Origin: Anaerolineae bacterium
GTDB lineage: Bacteria; Chloroflexota; Anaerolineae; Aggregatilineales; JAFGMM01
Assembly: GCA_016927535.1 (NCBI GenBank)
Contig: JAFGMM010000257.1
Span: forward strand, 1,761 to 65,760
Direction of reading: 5' to 3'
DNA length: 64,000 nt
Position numbers and translations under genes: made by a program. Under the pieces are notes generated by a model, which did no database searches, was not told where the DNA came from, and worked only from the letters and a program-made list of their open reading frames with translations. Numbering within the stretch: the stretch's first letter is position 1; each line of letters opens with the position of its first letter. Below, one piece after another: positions 8,859 through 16,600 of this stretch.

Positions 8859-8964
8859 ACACCCCACGAATTCCGAGAGAGCCTTCCAGGGCTTCCGGGT
8901 GGGCCGGTAGCCCGCCCGGCGAATCCGCTCCATTTCGTCAGAGGCATCCCGGCAGAACGCCCCT

Positions 8965-10653
8965 TCAGTCCAACGAATCGACGATACTTTGCAACAACTC
9001 CTCGTCCATCGCCGAACCCTTCTGCAACAGGGTGGCGATCTGCCCGCTCAGCCGGTCGCGCTCGCGCGGGGTCAGTTCCTTCGCCGTCAGAACGATCACC
9101 GGGATACCGGCCAATTCCTCATCCGCCTTGATCGTCTCGATGACCTGGAAGCCGTCCACTTCGGGCATCATCAAATCGGTAATCACCAAGTCGGGCTTTA
9201 GCTCGCGCACCATCACGATGCCGGCGCGCCCGTCGGTAGCCGTGTGCACCTGGTAACCGCCGCGCGCCTGCAAGATCCGCGCGATCAGGCGGGCGGCGTC
9301 CGGCGTGTCTTCGATCACGACGATCTTGCGCACCGCCGTGTCGATGTGATCCAGCGCCGAAAGCAGGCCCTCCTCCGGCAGCGAAATCTGCCCGCCGGCC
9401 TTGCTCGCATCCACTCGGCGCTCCCACTCTTCGCCTAATACCTGCTTTTCCACCGGGAAGGTGTGGCCCGAACAATTTACTACGACGATATCGTCGGGTT
9501 TAAAAACGCCCTTACGCACCATCTTAAATAGCCCGGCGAAGGTGACCGCCGTCGCCGGCTCCACCGAAAGCCCCTCCATACGTGCCAGCACGCGCGTCGC
9601 CGCGAAGGCTTCCTCGTCGGTGGCGGCCTGGAAGTACCCGCCGTGATCCTGGATGCAATCCCAGAGCAGTTGGTAGGCGCGTCCGGGGTCGCCGGTGGCA
9701 AGCGTGGCGATGAGCGTCTGAGGGACGGTGACCGGCGTCGCAACCGACTGTCCCGCCTCGAAGGCGTGAACCATCGGTGCACACCCCGCCGACTGCACAC
9801 AGGCCAGCGCCGGCATTTTGCTCACCATCCCCATATTCATTAACTCCTTAAACCCTTTCGACACGCCAATCGGCCCCATCCCGCCGCTGACGCCCTGCAC
9901 GTACCAATCAGGCGTACACCAGGGCGTGTCACAGCCCCGGTTCGCCAAGCCATACTCGTCTGCCAGTTGCTCGGCGATTTCGTAGGCCAGCGTGGTCATA
10001 CTCTCCACGGCGGCGATGCTCTTAATGCCCCGGTCAACATAGATATCCCGGCTCTTGGCAAAGCGCGCCGCGACCGCCTTCGTCTCGTCGTAGGTGCCGG
10101 TGACCTTAATCACCTCGGTGCCGTAAAGCGCCATCTCGCGCATCTTATCGCCCGGCACCAGGCTGGTGACAAAAGCCCACAGTTTGATCCCGGCCCGTGC
10201 ACAGTAGGCCGAATACGCAATCGCTACGTTGCCGGTGGAGGCTACCACCATCTCCTCGATGCCAAGCTCTTTCAGCACCGAGACCGCCACCGACGCCTGC
10301 CGGTCTTTAAACGAGCCGGTCGGCCCCTGCCGCTCGTCTTTAATATACAGGTTCTTGAGGCCAAGCATCATGCCCAGCCGCCGCGCGTGCAGCAGGGGCG
10401 TGCCGCCTTCGCCCATCGTAACAATGTTGTTATGGTCGTGCAGCGGTAGAAGCTCGCGGTAGCGCCACAAGCCGAATGGACGCGACCGGATCATCTCCTG
10501 CCAGTTCGATTCCTTGAGCGCCTGCCAGTCGTACTCGACTTCTATGATGGTTTCGCCGCATTCCGGGCACTTGACTAAAGGACGTATATAAGGCTCCCGA
10601 TAACCGCAATAGGTACATCGTAAATGAACGTTTCCGCGTGGCTGTATACTCAT
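8965..10653 (-). CDS. Threonine-synthase-like PLP enzyme with an N-terminal zinc ribbon and a C-terminal receiver (REC) domain
   Basis: CxxC..CxxC ribbon (CTYCGY...CPECG). The PLP-lysine motif is GSFKDRQAS. The fold-type II PLP body is present. The last 121 aa (8968-9330) form an intact REC: IED, VITDLMMP, VLTA, LQKG. Confidence 0.85.
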   Translation of the reverse strand: MSIQPRGNVHLRCTYCGYREPYIRPLVKCPECGETIIEVEYDWQALKESNWQEMIRSRPFGLWRYRELLPLHDHNNIVTMGEGGTPLLHARRLGMMLGLKNLYIKDERQGPTGSFKDRQASVAVSVLKELGIEEMVVASTGNVAIAYSAYCARAGIKLWAFVTSLVPGDKMREMALYGTEVIKVTGTYDETKAVAARFAKSRDIYVDRGIKSIAAVESMTTLAYEIAEQLADEYGLANRGCDTPWCTPDWYVQGVSGGMGPIGVSKGFKELMNMGMVSKMPALACVQSAGCAPMVHAFEAGQSVATPVTVPQTLIATLATGDPGRAYQLLWDCIQDHGGYFQAATDEEAFAATRVLARMEGLSVEPATAVTFAGLFKMVRKGVFKPDDIVVVNCSGHTFPVEKQVLGEEWERRVDASKAGGQISLPEEGLLSALDHIDTAVRKIVVIEDTPDAARLIARILQARGGYQVHTATDGRAGIVMVRELKPDLVITDLMMPEVDGFQVIETIKADEELAGIPVIVLTAKELTPRERDRLSGQIATLLQKGSAMDEELLQSIVDSLD

Positions 10654-10668
10654 TAAAATTCTCCAAGA

Positions 10669-13600
10669 TTATGCATCCTTTTTCCTAAGCAAATCTAATT
10701 CTACACGCCTAACGGCCTGAACCAAATCTTGCTCGGAGAAAGGTTTTGTCAGAACCCGCGTTGCGCCCATCGCTAAGCCACGCTCCGCCTCATCCAGGAT
10801 TGTACACACCATAACCGGGGTATCCTGGGTTTCGCTGTCCTCCTTCAACTGCCTCAGCACATCCCAGCCGTCCATCTCCGAGCCGGGGATGACCACATCC
10901 AGCAGCACGACAATCGGTTTGAACTGCTTGACCATGTTCACCAGGTTGTCCGGGCTGGTGGTGCCCAACACCTCGTAGCCACCGCCCAGCAGATAGCGCC
11001 GGTATAGGTTGATCGTATCCCACTCGTCGTCCAGCGCGATGACCACCTTTGGCCGATCCGACCGCGCCAGTCTTGCCGCTACACTCGGCAGCGCCGGCTC
11101 GGTGTCGATTCCTACTTCCACGTCCTCTGCCGCCGCCGCGCGCCGCTCGACCTCACTCACCGCCTTGATCAACTGCTCTTCCAGGAACGGCTTCACCAGG
11201 AACCCGGCTGCGCCCGACGCCTGCGCGCGCTTTTCCTCATCTAGGATCGTGCATATAATCACCGGGATATCCTGAGTCGCCGGCTCGGCCTTCAACTGTT
11301 CCAGAATGGCCCAACCGTCGATATCGTGCGCCGGGAAAACCAGATCCAGCAGCACGATCACCGGCTTGAACTGCTTCACCATGTTGAGCATATTGTCCGG
11401 GCTGGCCGTGCCCAGCACCTCGTAGCCCGCGCCGAGCAAATAGCGCCGGTACAGGTTAATCACTTCCCATTCGTCGTCCAGCGCGATAATCATCTTAGGC
11501 GGCGCCGGCTCGACCGGCTCGACCGCCTCCACCGCTTCGACGCTTTCCGCGCGCTCGACCGTCTCGACCGGCGCGGCGTCGCCGGCAACGCTCAACTCAT
11601 CCAGTTGCCCGTGGTCGATCTGCCGTACCACGGTTACCAGGTCCGCTTCGGCGAACGGCTTTATCAAATGCGCCGCCGCGCCCGCCTCCAGCGTGCGCTC
11701 GGTATCCTTCGTGACGCTGCACATCACCACCGGGATATCCTGGGTCTCCGGGTCGGCCTTCAACTGCTCCAAAACATCCACGCCGTCAAGCTCCGAGTCC
11801 GGGATCACGACATCCAGCAGCACCACGAACGGCCTGAACTGTTTGACCATGTTAATCAGGTTTTCCGGGCTGGTGGTGCCTAGCACCTCGTAGCCGCCGC
11901 CCACCAGGTAACGCCGGTACAGGTTGATCGTGTCCCATTGATCGTCGAGCACCATCACAACCTTCGGCTGCAGCGGCGCTTCCGGCGGCACATCCTCCGG
12001 CTCCGGCGCGGGCGCTTCGTCCTGAACTTCGACGACGGGTACCGCGATCGCGCGCCCTTCAAGCGCCTGCACCGCTTGCACCAACTCGTCCTCCAGGAAC
12101 GGCTTCACCAGATACTTGGCCGCGCCCATCTCATACCCGCGCTCCGGCTCGTCTACGATGGTGCATACGATCACCGGAACGCCGGCAGTTCTGGGGTCGG
12201 CTTTCAACTCGCGCAGCACGTCCCAACCATTGATATCCGACTCCGGCAGCACCACGTCGAGCAGCACGACCGACGGCTTGAAATCGAGCACCATCTGCTT
12301 GAGGCTTTCGGGATTGGTGGTGCCCAGCACCTCGTAGCCGCCGCCGACCAGGTAGCGCCGGTACATGTTGATGACGCCCCATTCGTCATCCAGCGCCAGC
12401 ACCACCTTAGGCTCCAGCTTGATCTCGCCCGATTCGCGCGGCTTCCTGTCAAAGGAAATAGCGATGAGGCCGCTCAAGCGCGAGGATTCCGGCTCACCCT
12501 CCTTGAAATCGTCAAAGGAAATCGCCGCCGGACCCTCAGCAGGCTCTTCCTTGCCCGCTCGCTCGCCCCTCCGACCTTCATCTTCTTCATCGCCGAAAGA
12601 AATCGCTATCGGTCCCTTGACCTCGGTCGATCCAGGCTCCTCCTCGTCGAAGGATATCGTGATCGGGCCTTTAACCTCAGCCTCTTTGGCCGGCGCATCC
12701 TCCGCTTCTCCCTCCACTTCCGGCGGCTCCAAGGAGATGCTGAAGATAAAGGTCGAGCCTTTGCCCAACTCGCTTTCGACCCAAATCTTGCCGCCCTGCA
12801 ACTCGACCAGGGCCTTCGTGATGGGCAGGCCCAGGCCGGTGCCGCCGTACTTGCGCGTGGTGGTATTGTCCACCTGCCGGAACGCCTCGAACAGCTTGTA
12901 ATGATCCTCCGGCGCAATGCCGATACCGGTGTCGGTCACAGCCACATGAATGATCTTGCGCCCGCTGATCTCGGTCTTCAAGTCAGCCGCAACCGTCACG
13001 CTGCCGATTTCGGTGAACTTGATTGCGTTGTTCACCAGATTGATCAGAATCTGGCGGGTACGGAACTCATCGCCCCACACCTGCGGCAGCCCTTCTCCCA
13101 CCTGCTCCACCAACTCAACCGGCTTCTCGCTCACCTGCACCGAAACCGTCGATATCACCTCGTGAATCACTGACGCGATGTCGAAGTACTCGAAGCTCAA
13201 TTCCATCTGCCCGGCTTCGATCTTGCTTTGATCCAAGATGTCGTTAATCAGCGTCAGAAGATGCTGGCCGCTGTTGTGGATAGTTTGCAAGTCGGTCCGC
13301 TGCAAGTTGTTCAGCGGTCCATCAATCTCCTTGAGCAACACACGGCTGAAGCCGATGATCGAGTTCAGCGGCGTGCGCAGCTCGTGGCTGGTGCTCGCCA
13401 GGAACTCGCTCTTGAGCCGGTTCAACTCGCCCAGGCGGGCGTTGGCCTCCTGAACATCTCGGAGCAGTTGAATGTTTTGAATGACCGCGTGCAGCGAGTT
13501 GCTCATCGTCTGGAGCAGCCGCAAAACCTGGTCGTCGTAGCCGCCGCGCCGCAAGCTCTGAATCTGGAGCACGCCGCTAAGCTCGCGTCCGGCGGCAATC

Positions 13601-16600
13601 GGGATCACCAGCGCCGACCGGGTTTCCTCGGCAAAATCGTTAAAACGCCGGTCGGACGCCATATCCTCGATGATGAGCGGCTCGACGTGCCGCGCCACCC
13701 AGCCCACCGAAGTCCCCCGGTACGGCACCAACTGCCCTACGTCTGTGTCGTGAGTACAAACCATCCGGCGCAGCGCCTTTTCATTTGGCACCGGGACCAG
13801 GATGTCGATCTCATAAGCCTGCAAGAAGTCGTCGATGACCTCGACCACGCCGCCCAGCGCCGCCTCCAGATCCTCGGCGCCGCCGGATGTCGCCGCCTGC
13901 GTGACCCGGAACAGGAAGCCCATCTCCTCGGCGCGGCGCGTCGAGTAGGTGATGAGACGCTGGTTATCCAACACCACGGCGGCCTGTTCGGCGACGGTGC
14001 GGAAGTTCTGTACCTCGCGCTCCTCAAATTTATGCACCCGGTCGATTGTTCCGACCAGCAGCCAGCCGAAAACCCGCCCGCCGGTCGCAATGGGTACCAT
14101 AGCCGCCGAGCGCACATCCATCTGCCGGAAGATCGCGCGCATCGCATCATCGATGCCGGCGTCAGGATCGTCGAGGTCATCCGCCACCAGCGGCGCACTG
14201 CTCGCCGCGCCGGAGGGGACCGGCATGGACGTAAAGCGGTTGCCCAGGTGGGCCGCCTCGTCGCCGGCCCGGTCCCACATCGCGCGCACCTCGATTACCC
14301 ACTCCGACGGGTGCGCATCCAGGTTCTCGATAATCAACACCAGCGCGCGGTCGAACGCCGGCGCCTGGGCATAATCCAGCATGGCCGCAAGCACACTATC
14401 GGTGTCCGTCGCCGAAGCCAGCGCCGAACTGGTGCGATAGAGTGCAGCGGTCTCCTCCAACGACGCCTCGGTCTGGCGGAGCAGTTGGATGTTGTCCAGC
14501 GCGACCGACGCCTGGTCAGCCACGGTGGTCACCAGGCGCTTATCGCGCTCGGAGAACTCATCCAGCGGCGCGACAGAAGCAAAGGTCAGTATCCCCGTTA
14601 CCTGGCCGCGCGCGCTCAGCCGCGCCGAGACCCCGCCCCGGTTGCCGGAGGCGCGCAGATTCGCGCGGATGCGGCTGGGCATCTCAATGTCCAGGTTCTC
14701 GATATCGACGTAGAGGATGAGATCATCCAGGCTAGAAGCCAACAACATCACACGCATTTCGTCGTCAAACGCAATCCCTTCGAACCGGCGCACCGACTGC
14801 GTTTCGCCTCCCAACCGGAGGCTATAGACATCCATCAGCGCCGGCGTACCGTCTGCGCTGCGCCGGGTGAAGACGTGCAGACCGACATAACCCATCTGCA
14901 TGAAGGTCGCAAGCTCGGCGGCGCCCTCCAAGATAGTCTCGATGGTCTGCGCATTGCCGATGATCCGGCTGGTCCGGTACAGCAGGTCGGTCTCGGCCAG
15001 GCTGATCTGCGTCTGCTCGAACAGGCGCGCCGCCTCAAGCGCCTGCGCCACCTGGTCCGACACTTCGCGGATCAGCGCCAAGTCCTCGGACGAGAGCGGG
15101 TTGAGCGGGTCGTTATACACACCCAGCGCGCCGATCACTTCGCCGCCGCGCAGCGACAGCGGCGCTACCGTCGCGCCGTTTCCGCCCTCGACGCCGGGCG
15201 CTACCAACGCGTTCTGCCGGGTCGCCTGCTCCATCTCCGGCAGCCAGAGACCCTCGGCGGATTTCAATTCGCGGTGTTCGAACAGGTAGCCGGGCGGCAG
15301 AGTCTTCACCTCACGATAGCTCTGCCAGCCTTCCTGGCTCATCGCGCGGTAAAGCGCATCCAGTTCGCGCAGGCGCTCCTCCATCTCGGCCTCGGCGTCC
15401 TTCTGCGCCGTGATATCGGTGACGATATCGGCCAGGTAAAGCGGATTATTATCCTCGTCCCGGATCAAGAAGAAATTCTCGATTGTCGGGATGATCCTGC
15501 CGGTTCGAGAGACCAGGGCCAACTCGCCCGTCCACTGCCCTTCTGCCATCACCGTCGGCAGAATCTCGGTCGGGAGGCGCCGGCGGAGCGCATCCGGGTA
15601 ATAGTCCCCAAGCGGCTTGTTGAGCATCGCATCCGGGCTGGTCTCGTCCAGCAGCCCGGAGAGCGTGGGATTCGCATAAATAATGATCCCTTCCAGCGTC
15701 GCCATGCCCAGACCTTGCCCCGACGCATCGGCCAAGCGGCGGAACAGCCGGAACGACTCCTCGGCCTGCTTGCGCGCCGTGATATCGGTAATGGCATTCG
15801 CCAGGTACTGCGGCTGGCCGCGCTCGTCGTAGATCGTAAAGATGTTCTGGATCGTATCCAGCACGCTGCCGTCGAGCGCCACACACGGCAGTTCGCCCGA
15901 CCACTGGCCCTGCTCCCGGACGATGGTCATGATCTCACCCCGGACCGACCGCGCGACGTCTTCGGGGAAGAAGCTATAGACCTTCTCGCCTATCAACCTG
16001 TCTGCGCTCTCGGCGCCGAGGAAGCGCGTCAGAGTCGGGTTGACGTAGATGAAACTGCCTTCCAGATCGGCCATACCCAGGCCCTGGCCGGAGGCTTCCG
16101 CAAACTGGCGGAAGATGTTCGCCTCTTCCAGCAACCGCATCGCATTGATGGCGATGGCAATCTGGCCGCACAACCCTTCCAGCAAAACCCAATCTTCCTG
16201 GGTCAGCGCGCCGGCGACGTTGCTCTGCACATCCAGGATGCCCAGCACCTCGCCGCGCCACTTAATCGGCACCGCCAGCTCGCCGCGCGTCTCCGGCAGG
16301 TCAGGGTTCGGTATCCAGTAGGGGTCTTCACGGACGTCGCTCGCCAGCACCGGGCCGCCGGTCGCCAGCGAAGTCCCCACAATGCCGGTTCCTATTTCTA
16401 CTCTATGATGCCGCGCCAACATACGCGCACCCGGCTCGCCGTAGCCGGTCATCAGCACCATCGCGTTTTGCGCCGGTTCGTAGCGGAAGATTTGCGCATG
16501 GTAGTAATTGAAGCGCTCCTTGACCAGAGTCACGACGCGCTCGTAAAGCGTCGCGATATCGGTAGCCGCCGCGATTTCCTGCGCCACCTCGGTGCTGATG

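Noticed and set aside
8557-9131. ORFs of 117 and 138 aa in and around the 354-nt gap
   Set aside because: Their translations (FVGAGLRPAQHP and similar) come from GC-rich hairpin repeats and from the antisense strand of the ThrC-REC gene. They show no start context or motif.
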